IMG/VR virus record: IMGVR_UViG_3300020403_000081
Coordinates: 1 to 25,286 of that record
Reading direction: 5' to 3' (one strand)
Length of the DNA: 25,286 nucleotides
Source: a virus
Taxonomy: Duplodnaviria > Caudoviricetes
The translations under genes and the position numbers were made by a program. Shown one piece after another: positions 1-11,000 of this stretch (positions within the stretch are counted from its first letter, which is position 1; each line of letters begins with the position of its first letter). The notes below the pieces were generated by a model. It was not told where the DNA came from and did not search any database. It saw only the letters and a program-made list of their open reading frames with translations.

Positions 1-1
1 A

Positions 2-100
2 CTTTTAATTCTTGATGTTGATGGAGTTATGACAACTGGTTTGAAAACTTATGATATTCATGGATCTGTAGTATCAAAAACATTTACACTACGCATTTGA
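2..100 (+). pseudogene. N-terminal fragment of a HAD-superfamily phosphatase (KdsC/YrbI-like), open at the window edge and interrupted after ~28 codons
   Basis: Frame +2 translates as LLILDVDGVMTTGLKTYDIHGSVVSKTFTLRI*. The segment LLILDVDGV(M)T.G matches HAD motif I as it appears in KdsC-type enzymes, and G...K.F follows at the expected spacing. The ORF is too short to be in the supplied track. Confidence 0.6.
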
Positions 101-507
101 GTATCACCTGTACCAGCCGCTTGTGGGCCAATAAGTACAAAAGAATCTGTAGATGTCTTTGAATATAACTGATTTGTAGTACTGTTAAACCAAAAATCGC
201 CTTCGGCTAATCCAGATGGCTGAGTTGCTGAAACTTCAGCACCTCCTGTATTTTTCCATAAACTACCTCCAGTATAAAACTTTAGTTTATTGTTTGCACT
301 ATCAAACCAAAGTTGTCCAGTGATTGCTTTTGTTGGCTGTGTTGTACTTGCAAAATTTTCTAACAAAAATAACATATTTTCATTTTGAATTTCGCCGTAA
401 CCGCTGTAGTTTTTACCTACAAATTTTAAATCGGTTGTGTTATCTACGGTTCCGTCCTCAACCGATAATAACTGTGTTCCGCTAAATCTATTAATAATAT
501 ATGGCAT
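58..507 (-). CDS. Tail-fibre/baseplate-attachment protein paralog 3, apparently C-terminally truncated (149 aa)
   Basis: It shares the GKNY.G.GE..NEN...LLENFA....P.....GQLW.D and SATQP.....GD.W......QL motifs with the 610- and 672-aa ORFs. An RBS (GAGGA, 515-519) lies 7 nt upstream of the ATG. The frame ends at TGA at a point where both paralogs continue. Confidence 0.8.
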   Translation of the reverse strand: MPYIINRFSGTQLLSVEDGTVDNTTDLKFVGKNYSGYGEIQNENMLFLLENFASTTQPTKAITGQLWFDSANNKLKFYTGGSLWKNTGGAEVSATQPSGLAEGDFWFNSTTNQLYSKTSTDSFVLIGPQAAGTGDTQMRSVNVFDTTDP

Positions 508-526
508 GTTCAGTTCCTCATTTGTT

Positions 527-543
527 CTATGTATATATTTATC
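527..543 (-). promoter_or_regulatory. Putative late promoter GATAAATATATACATAG (TAAATA core at 536-541)
   Basis: It lies in the 37-nt gap upstream of the RBS of 58..507. It resembles the T4 gp55-type TATAAATA element and differs from 22369-22384 by a single-nucleotide indel. Confidence 0.65.
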
Positions 544-544
544 G

Positions 545-2377
545 TTATAGGGCAGATGCTACAGTCGTTTTATAAGTCCAAGTACTACTTTCGTTTTCGT
601 ATGTCATAATTGTTCTAGCAATACTGAAAACGGCATTTGATACGGCATTACTAATTGTAAAATCTTCTACAACTGATTGGTTTTCTACACCATTTTTATC
701 AACAGCAACAAATTGTTTACTTAGATAACCCGGATTACTTGCATTTGTACTTTGAAATGCTTGTGTTACAACAGCACTATAAGCACTAGTATGTATTTTT
801 ACTATTGTTCCATTAGGCTTGGTATTTGCAGGAATCATTTCTTCAATCACAGTAGCAACATTTGCCTGCAAAGTTAAACCTGTACCTAAAGTTGTAATAT
901 CCAATCCCATGATAAGTGTACCGCCACTTGTTGCTATATCTACATAATTTTTTGTTGCAACGTCTTGATTACTTACAGGATTTGTTACATTTGTAATTTT
1001 TCTTGGAGTAATTAAATTTATATCTCCACCACTATTGATTTGTAATCCACCGCTTGTTTCAGTAATAGTGCTTCCATTAAGATTGAGAGCATCTACTTGT
1101 AAATTATTAAGAGTTCCTACTGATGTCAAACTTGAATTTACTACTGTTGACCCAAGCGTTGTTTTTGATAAAACTTCAAATGTTTCTGCTTTGTATACTT
1201 GATTAGCACCAAGATCTATATTCCTACTACTTGTCCAAGAATCTGTTGCTAACTTCCAAATAAATTCCTTATCATCACCTTGAACTCTTACAACGATACC
1301 TGCATCATCCACTGATGCGTCTGTTGGCAAAGTACTATCACTTTGAATTCCTAATTCGATTTGTTTGTCTTCTACTCTTAAATTTTGTACATCTAAATTT
1401 GTTGTTGTACCATCTACTATTAAATTACCTGTAATTCTTGCATTACCTGTAACATCTAAAGTATGTAATGGTGTGTTTGTGTTTATTCCTAATCTTTGAT
1501 TAGTTGCATCAAAAACTGCGGCATTATAAGAACCTAATGAAGGATTTTTTAATTTAATAGTATAATTAGCACCGGATATTTGATTTTCAGCAATCACTGT
1601 AGTACCACTTAAACTAATTTTATGATCACTATCATTTCCAATAAGTATACCACTATCATTACTAAAATGTATTTGTCCTTGTGCAGTTCTATTTCCTGTA
1701 CTTGCATTTGTACTTAAAAAACTATCTTTAGTGTATACTGCACCGGCTTCATCCGCCAACTGTAATGAACTAGATGATGTTCCGTAAAATTTAAAATCAA
1801 ACAAACTACTAGGATTATATCCAATCTTCAAACCATTTGAAAATCCTTGTAACACAGGAAACGGATCAAATGCTTCTTTTGAAATAATTCCAACTCTTGA
1901 ATCGTTTATATATTCTTCTATTACAACCTTATTACTTCCGGTAGAATCTACTAGGGTTGCAATATATTGTCCTGATTTACCTTGTGAATTAGTATTATTA
2001 GGTCCAACTAATGTAGTGTTACTACCATCGAAAAAATATAACTGCTTATTTTTATTATCAATCCATAAATCTCCAGACACTAGTGAAGGCTGTGTGGCCG
2101 ATATAATACTACTATCTGTGCTTCTAAAATCAGTACCATTATAAACTTTCAATCTACCAGTTGAGGTATCATACCATAGTTGTCCTTTTATAGGTTTATT
2201 AGGAGCAGAACTATTAGCAAAAGTTTCTAACAGTTTTATAAAGTTTTCATTTAATGCTTCTCCAAACCCTTTATAATTTTTTCCGAAAAATGTTAAATTT
2301 GTAGAAGTTGTATCTGCTTTTCCGTCTATTAAAGTTGTTAAAAGTGTTCCATCTGTTTTGTTAAGTTGATAAGGCAT
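545..2377 (-). CDS. Tail-fibre-like virion protein paralog 2 (610 aa)
   Basis: It has the shared N-terminal LLE.FA...P..P..GQLWYD domain. Fibre-shaft motifs include RLGINTNTP.HTLDVTGN, VEDKQIELG, SSLTSVGTL and a neck-like ITNV..P...QDVATKNYVD. Its start overlaps the upstream stop (TAATG at 2375-2379), with GGAG at 2385-2388. Confidence 0.8.
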   Translation of the reverse strand: MPYQLNKTDGTLLTTLIDGKADTTSTNLTFFGKNYKGFGEALNENFIKLLETFANSSAPNKPIKGQLWYDTSTGRLKVYNGTDFRSTDSSIISATQPSLVSGDLWIDNKNKQLYFFDGSNTTLVGPNNTNSQGKSGQYIATLVDSTGSNKVVIEEYINDSRVGIISKEAFDPFPVLQGFSNGLKIGYNPSSLFDFKFYGTSSSSLQLADEAGAVYTKDSFLSTNASTGNRTAQGQIHFSNDSGILIGNDSDHKISLSGTTVIAENQISGANYTIKLKNPSLGSYNAAVFDATNQRLGINTNTPLHTLDVTGNARITGNLIVDGTTTNLDVQNLRVEDKQIELGIQSDSTLPTDASVDDAGIVVRVQGDDKEFIWKLATDSWTSSRNIDLGANQVYKAETFEVLSKTTLGSTVVNSSLTSVGTLNNLQVDALNLNGSTITETSGGLQINSGGDINLITPRKITNVTNPVSNQDVATKNYVDIATSGGTLIMGLDITTLGTGLTLQANVATVIEEMIPANTKPNGTIVKIHTSAYSAVVTQAFQSTNASNPGYLSKQFVAVDKNGVENQSVVEDFTISNAVSNAVFSIARTIMTYENESSTWTYKTTVASAL

Positions 2378-4395
2378 TACACTACTCCATGATAAATGAT
2401 AAAGTTCATTGTACTAAAAGGTGGAACAATTTGCATAGCGGTATTACTAACGTTTTTCATACTTCCAGAACTTGTAATACCACTTCCTTGAGAAGCAGTT
2501 AAGTTTTGCGTATACACATCTGTATCTGAATCAGCACTATGATCTGCTTTTGATATAGCATAAAACTGTTGATTATTTGCATTTTTTAAATCATGTTCGT
2601 GATCTGGTAAATTGGCTTGTGAGATAGTTCTTGTTTCACTACCACCTACATTACCTAGTGTGTTAATTGCAGTATCATTTACAATTCTAGTACCAGTAGC
2701 ACCACTTCGAATACCTGCTGGCAATCGCCCTCTCATGTCAGGAATAACAAAAAATAAAGTTTCGTCACTTGGTGTTCCCCAATACCAAGTTGAATTATCA
2801 GAAGGATCATATCCTAATGCAGTGGCTAAGACAGCATATGTTGTCAAAGATTTTTCACTTCCATCACATACAAACCAACCAGTAGGCACAGTGGTTGAAG
2901 GTCCTGCCCACATGTTTAAAGTTCCTACTTGTACTGTAGCAACATTTGAAATAATTGATGGTTGGGTAACCTTTCTTAAACCAGTCCCAGGTCGATTGAT
3001 TAAAAATTCATCTGCAGATGTTAAAGAAGAGACTAAAGTTTTTGTTTCGACAAATGTAGGATTCAATGCTGTAGTAAAAGTTTTTGTTGTTCCTCCAGTG
3101 ATACCATCATATGTAATTGTATCACTTGTAATATCTCCTGCTAAAGAAAAATTAGTTGCAGAACTAAGTTTTGATGCAGTACTTGAACTTCCTGATACAT
3201 TTCCTGTTACACTACCTACAAATGCTCCTGTAAATGTATTTGCATATACATTGTTAAATTTGAGTCCTGAACTTCCTAAATTATATGTATTTGTAGTATT
3301 AGGTAACACATTACCAGAAAATGTTGTAGTTCCTGTGACACTTAAATTTTCACCAACATTTAGATTTTTTGCTACGCCTAATCCGCCTGCTGTTTTTAAC
3401 GAACCGTTACTTGCTGTAGAACTTTGAGTAGTATCAGTAATATTTACAGTACCATTTAATTTTGCATTTCCAGTAACTTCTAATGCTTCGGATGGGCTAA
3501 GATTAAATAATCCTATTTTTCCGTCGCTTGTTAACCTTATAGGTGTAAGATTAGTTCCATTGTTGTTTACTCTTATATCAAAATTTGAATCTGTTTGTAA
3601 GTGGTGTAAAATTGAATTAGTGCCTTCTACAGATATATCTAATGTGTTAGTTTGCCCTACTGATATTCCTGTATCAGTTTTTACTGTGAGAGGATATTCT
3701 AAAACAGCATTTTGATCTGTACGTAAAAAAGAAGTTCCAGGTATTGGATTTCCACTTACCATTAAATTTTCTGCTTTTTCTGCTGTGCCATTAAATTTAG
3801 CAATTAATGTAGAACTTAAATTGACACCAATAGATAAAGTTGTAAATCCTGCTATTGCTATTTTAGGAGTAAATGCTTCTTTTGCAAAAATAGCAACAGG
3901 TATATCAGTTATATAAATTGCAACTACATTACGAGTTGCATCTGTGGTATCTACTATACTTAAAGGTTTAGCACCGGTATTTACACCAGTACTGAATTCC
4001 GGGCCTACTAATATCCATGAAGTGCCGCTGTACATATATAGTTGTTGATTACTTGTATCAGACCACAAATCTCCTTGAACACTATTTCCAGCATCGGGTG
4101 CAGTAGCACTTCTTTTTAAACCTCCAGCACTAACCCAATTTGTGCCGTCATAAATTTTTAATTGATCAATGTTTGTTGTAGTATCATACCAAAGTTGCCC
4201 TTCTACAGGATTAGAAGGAGCAGTTGTATTTGCAAAATTTTCTAACAAATGTAAAAAATTGGTATTAACAGATTCTCCAAAACCTGTTTTATTTCTACCA
4301 ACTAATGTTAAACTTGTATCTGTATTCAAAGTTTGATCTTCAACAACAATATTACCTTTGTTGACTGAATCTGTAAAATTAATGGTATATGCCAT
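2377..4395 (-). CDS. Tail fibre with C-terminal phage tail-collar domain, paralog 1 (672 aa)
   Basis: It has the shared N-terminal domain and a Gly/Thr-rich shaft. The collar signature reads VGTLNMWAG...PTGWFVCDGS.....Y..L...LG...F.IPDMRGR (~2725-2930), followed by GGSE...LPDHEH and PPF..MNFII, as in short tail fibres with an HxH tip. There is a TAATG overlap at 4393-4397 and an RBS (GGAGGT) at 4404-4409. Confidence 0.85.
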   Translation of the reverse strand: MAYTINFTDSVNKGNIVVEDQTLNTDTSLTLVGRNKTGFGESVNTNFLHLLENFANTTAPSNPVEGQLWYDTTTNIDQLKIYDGTNWVSAGGLKRSATAPDAGNSVQGDLWSDTSNQQLYMYSGTSWILVGPEFSTGVNTGAKPLSIVDTTDATRNVVAIYITDIPVAIFAKEAFTPKIAIAGFTTLSIGVNLSSTLIAKFNGTAEKAENLMVSGNPIPGTSFLRTDQNAVLEYPLTVKTDTGISVGQTNTLDISVEGTNSILHHLQTDSNFDIRVNNNGTNLTPIRLTSDGKIGLFNLSPSEALEVTGNAKLNGTVNITDTTQSSTASNGSLKTAGGLGVAKNLNVGENLSVTGTTTFSGNVLPNTTNTYNLGSSGLKFNNVYANTFTGAFVGSVTGNVSGSSSTASKLSSATNFSLAGDITSDTITYDGITGGTTKTFTTALNPTFVETKTLVSSLTSADEFLINRPGTGLRKVTQPSIISNVATVQVGTLNMWAGPSTTVPTGWFVCDGSEKSLTTYAVLATALGYDPSDNSTWYWGTPSDETLFFVIPDMRGRLPAGIRSGATGTRIVNDTAINTLGNVGGSETRTISQANLPDHEHDLKNANNQQFYAISKADHSADSDTDVYTQNLTASQGSGITSSGSMKNVSNTAMQIVPPFSTMNFIIYHGVV

Positions 4396-5006
4396 TATAC
4401 ATTACCTCCATTCAGGCTTTGTACTCTTACAGTATAATCAATTTGAATTAATCTATTTAAACTTTTTTGTACTGGATGAAAAATACAATGTGTTATTAAT
4501 TTTTCGGAACCCGAAGTTGTTGCATAACTTTTTAGACCTAACTCATCAAAAACATAAATTCCGTTTGAATTACTAGATGTATCAAATGCTTCTTGTCCTG
4601 AAGGTTCTCCATAATCTAATAAACAACTTACTACAACATCTGTGTAGTTTGTGCCGCTTACATGCCTAGTTTCTATTTTATTTCTTGTGGGGTCTAGATT
4701 ATTAACATTATTAGCATCTACAATCTTAGTATAGGTTTGATTGTAAAGGCTTGCATTTGTTCCAACGCTGTTTGGAGTAAGATATGTTATAATACCAGTA
4801 GGATCTATACTGGTACCTCCGTTTCCAAAAACTAGTTGACTTATAAATCCTTGTCCTACATTTCCTATAGCCTCTGCTAATGCTATACTCATATTTTCAT
4901 AATGTATTGCATTACGTTTATTGACATATATTTCACCTGAATCAGGATCATAAATCTTAATGTGTCCTTCTATGTTGACTCCGCTGTATTCGTCTGTTTT
5001 TTTCAT
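4395..5006 (-). CDS. Conserved phage structural protein, probably a baseplate or fibre-attachment component (~203 aa)
   Basis: It sits between the giant baseplate protein and the fibres and contains the motifs FGNGG, LDYGEP.GQ, FDELGL and THCIFHPVQKSLNR.I.I.Y. I moved the start from GTG 5015 to ATG 5006 because AGGTG (5013-5017) forms an SD sequence 6 nt upstream of that ATG. Confidence 0.7.
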   Translation of the reverse strand: MKKTDEYSGVNIEGHIKIYDPDSGEIYVNKRNAIHYENMSIALAEAIGNVGQGFISQLVFGNGGTSIDPTGIITYLTPNSVGTNASLYNQTYTKIVDANNVNNLDPTRNKIETRHVSGTNYTDVVVSCLLDYGEPSGQEAFDTSSNSNGIYVFDELGLKSYATTSGSEKLITHCIFHPVQKSLNRLIQIDYTVRVQSLNGGNV

Positions 5007-5017
5007 GTTATTCACCT

Positions 5018-5029
5018 ATACTGTATTTA
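5018..5029 (-). promoter_or_regulatory. Putative late promoter TAAATACAGTAT overlapping the TAA stop of the 4580-aa gene
   Basis: The 12-mer is identical to 22835-22846. The TAAATA core is at 5024-5029 and the SD sequence AGGTG follows immediately. Confidence 0.65.
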
Positions 5030-8000
5030 TTTTGCTAACCGAAAACTTTTCTCTGTTATAAACCTAGCAATCTTATTATTACTATCAGACAACGTTTTAG
5101 TTGTAGTATTTGTTAAAATTTCGTTCCATAATTTGCCTGTTTTTCTAATAATTTCTATTTTTACGCCATTTGCAGGAGGAGTTGCAAATACTACATCTGC
5201 TGTTACTATATTTCCTGAACTGTCAGTATTATATGCCAAACTAAAATCTGCCGCTACTGTTTCATCTGCTTCTGTACTATCTTGTGCTATTGCTTGGTTA
5301 TACCTAGATATTGATGTTTTTCTTAATTTTTTTCCTGCTACGTATACATCAATTTCATCTATACTTTGTGGAATGTAATCTAACATATAAGCAGTTGCAG
5401 TTGTACTTCCATCGCCAATTAAAGTTAATGTTTTAATTTCATCTTTATAAGGTATAGTTTCATCTAAACCTTGTCCTGTTACACTAGTTCCTTTCAAATA
5501 TATTTGCTTGGTTCCTGTTCCTAAAGTACCTCTTCTAAGTTGTCTTAAATTATTTCCTGTTTTTTGAAAATATTCTATTCTTTCACCTTCAATAAAAATT
5601 ACACCTGGTACAGTACTACCTACATTTGGTTCTTCTATGCCTTCGCTTGAAACTAAATTAATAGATGTATCATACCAATTTAAATCCGATGCTAATTGGT
5701 ATGTGTTTTCATCATTAAGTCTTTTATAATGCGTTCTATCTAACATATCTTTAAAAATTCTAAAACCATACTTAGGCTTCATTTCTGTTCCTGAAAAATG
5801 GAATACTTCTATAGTATCACCATCAGCAGGATAATTATTTAATTGTATGCCATCTAAAGTATTAGGAATAATATAATCTACATTAGGTGTTAATAATGTT
5901 CCATTTTTAATTACCCATGCATACGCCGCATCTATTATTGTACTATTTAACTTTATAAAACCTCTTGTCAATAAATTACGGGTAATATAATCTTGACTGC
6001 CTTCTAGTAAACCAGCACTTTGATATCTTACATCATAACTAATTCTATCAAATTTTTGTATATCATGATTACTAAACAAATATACTTCTACTAATTCATT
6101 TAAAAATGGCGTTCGTTTAAATGTTAAATTATTACTTTCTACATAACTTATGTTTTCAATTACTGCACTTGTTAATGTGCTGTCACCATCTATTGTAACA
6201 AGTGCAGGTGTACTATCTTTTTGTTTAAGTGTAGTCAAATCTCTTAAGAATCCAAAAAGTTGAATTATTTTTGTATCGCCTCCTGTACCAGGAACATCTG
6301 TTGAAGAAAATGCTATTGCATTTACTACTGTGCTATCATCTGCTAAAGCAAATTTTATAGGTGTATTTTTTGTAATAGGATATTCTGCTAGACCACTCAT
6401 TTCTACTTGTGTATCTAAGAAGAAATAATCTCCTGATCCTAAAATATATATTTCTAAAATATCACCAATTTTTCCTGTGGAATCTGTAATAAAATTTATT
6501 CTTCCATTTATTGGATCCCAGGTGTAAAGGTCAGGCGATAATAATGTACTGTTTATTAAAACCATTATTTCATCTGATTCTATAGTTCCATAATTTGGAA
6601 ACTGCCAAGTTTCTATGCCGTATTGTCTAGCACTTGTCATAGTATGTCTAATATTATAACCTGCTTTTAAAAATTTATCTTTCACTCTTACTAAAATATT
6701 ATGTGTTAAAGGTTTTTTACTAAAAGGCACAGTTTCTTCATTAAATTCTAAAACATTTCTTGTACCATCAGCAATAAAAGATCTATCTACTACTACTTGA
6801 CTGTATGTTTGAGATGCAGAACTGTAAATGCTGTAGGTAATTATAGAACCATCTACAGGTGCAGTACCAAATCGTAATCCAAATTTGTTACTATTTGATT
6901 TGAATATTACAACATCAGTGCCTAACACTTGTATTTTACCATTCAATGTTACCAATGCACTATGAGTATCATCCCATGTTGCACTTGTAATAAATTCTTT
7001 TCTACTACCATCTCCTTTTACAAAATCAACTTCAATAATATTTTCTCCATTATCACCTATAGAAAATATCGACAAGGTACCATTTGTAGGTTGAATATAT
7101 GTGCTTTTAAGCACTAACTGTTTGTTAGGAAAATCTACTGTGTAGTTTGTAGGATTAATAGGTAAGTTATTAACTTTTACAATAGTAGCATCAATGCTTT
7201 GTGGCAAACTTTCTATTGGAAATACTAAAGTGCTACCATCTAAAGTGTAACTATTTACTGTAATCATACTGTGACCATCTTGTACTTTGCTAAACACCCG
7301 TAAATCTAAAGTATCATTTAGTTGTCCTGGCACTAATTCTTCTGGTCCTCCGCTAGTAGTAGGTGTAACAAAATCATCTCCATCTACAACTATTTCGCCA
7401 CTACTTAATCCTTGAGCAGTTGTATAAGGTAAATCTCCTCCACTTAATGAAATATCATATGCTTCTTCATTAGGTGTAAAACTTCCATCACTAGTTGAAC
7501 GTCTTACAACTACAACATCGTTTGCCTTTGTGGTAACTGCAATAGGCTCAAAGTTTATTGTATTTGTTGTGCCATCACCAGTAATTGTTTGCATCTTTGC
7601 GTTTGGATTTGCTGTGACTGTGCTACCATCATAGTTAGGATCATCTATACGAACATTATTTAGATATACATTATACTGAACGCCTGTTTCTAATGTTTGC
7701 GTAAGTTGTAATATTATTGTGCTACCATCTAATGTTATAATTTCATCATTGTATGTGTTATCGTATGTATCCCATTGTGTGCCATAACCAGCAACATCAA
7801 ATCCTTGTTCATTACCAAAGTCTATACTATCTAATTGTACACCGTCATAATCCACTCCCTTCATAACTTGTGAAAGATCTTTTCCAAACATTCCTGTTGT
7901 AGGATTATAATATTGATTAATTCTGTCTTCTGCACTTAAAAAATTAGTATCTAATTTATATTCAATTCTAATTTTTGCACCGCTCTTAGGTGCTGTGTTA

Positions 8001-11000
8001 AAAGTTATTTTTCCTTGGAATCTATCATAACCTTTACTATTATCTTTTACATTAGACGGTGTATATTCACTACTTAATGATTCAACACCATCTACTGATA
8101 CAAATAAATTATTTTTTGTAACATTAATAGGCCATTCTAAATTGTATTCAGTTTTACTACCTGTTCCTAAATAATTTGTATCTGTATTTCCATCTACAGT
8201 TTTGTTAATATCCGTGTATGTATATACACCTGATGTCCTATCAAATTTCATTATTAGATGCATATTTTTAATAGGTGAATTTCCTATGTATGCATATGCA
8301 GTTGCTTGAGAGCCTCCTTCGGGTGCACCTCCTTCTATAGTTACAGTTGGTGCAGATGAATATTTTTGACCTGCTGTGTCTACTTCTATTTTAGATACTT
8401 TTCCGCTTGTAATATAAGCAAACCCTTTTAGTGTAGGACCATTGCCTCCACTAATTGTAACAACCATAGGTTCTGTATAACCGCTTCCGCTTTTATGTAT
8501 AATTATTTCTTCAATTTCAAATTTTGTATTATCATACCAATATTTTTGTGGATATTGATCAACTATGGTTGAATAATCAGTAATTAGATTATCTACAAAC
8601 CTTGCATTTGACGTAACAATAGAATTTGTCAAAGGACTATAATATGGTGAAAAATCAAAATCAGTAACTGCGGTATTTGTTGCTTCTGTTTTGTTATATG
8701 CACTAATATATTCTCTAATTTTTGTTGCATATGGTTTAACTTCAGCAATATAGTCTTGATAATTTTCTAGATTATCATTTTTAAATGTTACCTTTTGTAA
8801 TAAATCTCCAATATTATGTTTTGCTTTTACAAAACTTGTTTTGAATATCCAATCAACATTTTTTTGTTCGTATAATGCAAATCGAACCCCTACAAAGAAA
8901 ATTTTATTCCATTCAACTTTCAAATTATCTACAAAAATATTATCTCTAAGAGTTTCAAGAATAATTCTTATTTCCTTTGTTGGTTCTTTATCATAAAAGA
9001 AACTATCAAATCCACTAACATCATATCCTACAGAAGTTCTATCATATAAAGTTGTGTTAAATTTTACAGTTCCGTTTTGTCTACCAATAGTTTTAAAATT
9101 GACAGTATAGTCTACATTTTCTTCTTCTTTTATTTTTTCAAGTAGTAACCAACCACCAGATCCTATATTAGCAATTTTGACTACATCGCCAACATTTGTT
9201 AATATTAAATCTAGTTGATAACTAGAATCTACATAATGATTAATAGGAGTAACTGCACTATAACCTGTTTCATACCAATCTATGTATGACCAATAATCGT
9301 TAACATTATATGCTTGATTTGCAGATTTAGAAAATCCAAAATACACACCTTCTTGTCCTATATTTACAGCATCAAAAGAATATATAGCCCATCTATTTCC
9401 TAATGTTTCGTCTGCTTTTACAAGAACGCTAAATTTTCTGACTGTAAGCAAAGTCGAATCGCTGTAATTATTGCCTTCTTTAATTACATTTGCTTGTGTG
9501 ACTTGTCCTAAACTATTAGTCACTAATTCAACTTTGGCACCTGTGCCTGTTCCTTCTATTTCTACAACAGGTGGATGTGTTGCATTATAACCTCGTCCTG
9601 GAGTTGTTACAGTTACTTCTTTAATTTTACCATCTTCTATAATCGGTGTTAGTGTACAACGTGATACTTTTGCTACTGCAACATATTGAAGCATGCTACG
9701 AGTATCTACTACAACATCATATCTGCCAGTGTTAAGTGAAGGTTGTTTATCTGTTGATGTTAATCTTGATAAATCAAAGTCATCTACAATTAAATTTTGT
9801 TCTAATGTCAAATTAGCACGTTCTATTACTTGTTTTAATGCTTCAACTCTATTTACAAACATACTTTGTCTAGGTGAGTTTTCAATTCCATATTTTTTAC
9901 TAACGCCTAGATCAGGATCTGGAACTATTTTTCCTAATGAGTCATAGCCTGCTAAACTATCAATATATTTTGTAACAATTTTTTCATTAGGTACACTTGT
10001 ACTTAAATTTTCGCTAATAATTTGATATTCAGTATGTATGTTTTGATCTACAAAACCATTACTGTAATAATCTATATGTAAAACTGTGTTACTATCATTA
10101 ATAAGGCTATCACAATTATTAAGAACAAATCTATCATTTCCTATAAATTCTATAAACCTATATCCTGTAGATGCAGGATCAGCAATTTGTAAAGCCACAG
10201 CATTTGCTGAAATTTTTCTAATATTATCATTTGGTATAATTTTTTTATTTTTTACCCAATAAAAATATTTGTTTGTGCTAGATTGCTTTTCAGCATCATA
10301 AACAGAGTATAAAGAATAAGTAGTATCTCCATACTTTGACTTTCCACTTATGCCTTGGGCTAATCCTTCTGTTGTATCAGCAAGTTCATCCCATTCACTT
10401 GGCAATAAGGTACTAGATACCCATTCATATACATCAACGCTGTAACCTGGTACTAGTTGATTCCATGTATTTGATTTATATTCTGTAGTGCCTTGATAAG
10501 GATTATACCATTTTACTGTACTTAGATCCCACCATAGTTTTCCTTCAAATTTAGTATCCCAAGGCGTACCTGATCCTGTGTTTGTTGTTCCTATATTATA
10601 TTGTGCAGGATCATATGGTAATTTATAAGAAAGTTCTTGCTCTGAAGGTCCTGGTATTTTACCTTGTATCGGATCTATGTAATCTAAAAACTGAACTACA
10701 CTTTGAGTTTTTATATCATACAAAAATACACTTTTTATATCTTTTAAATTTACAGTTGAATCTTTCTCTGCTAATTTTGTCCAAGATGAAGTGTTACCAC
10801 TATTAAAAAATTCATGTACCACTCCTATATTTCCATTTGTTTGTTTATTTCCTGGCATTGCTTTATATAAAATATTATCATTACCATACAAATAAGGCTT
10901 TAGGCTCAAAGAGTTAGAATCATTAATTGATGTTTTTTCTGCATACAAATATTTGTTGCCAGTCTTTTCAAAAATATATATTTTACCTGCATCTGAGTTT

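Noticed and set aside
46-60. TGA readthrough or alternative genetic code extending the 149-aa ORF
   Set aside because: An in-frame TAA follows three codons later, and the other genes, including the 13.7-kb ORF, are intact under code 11.
2612-3427. 271-aa plus-strand ORF
   Set aside because: It lies entirely antisense to the collar-bearing fibre gene. Its Val/Pro/Leu-rich sequence is the expected mirror of Thr/Gly/Ser codons, and it has a TTG start and no recognisable motif.
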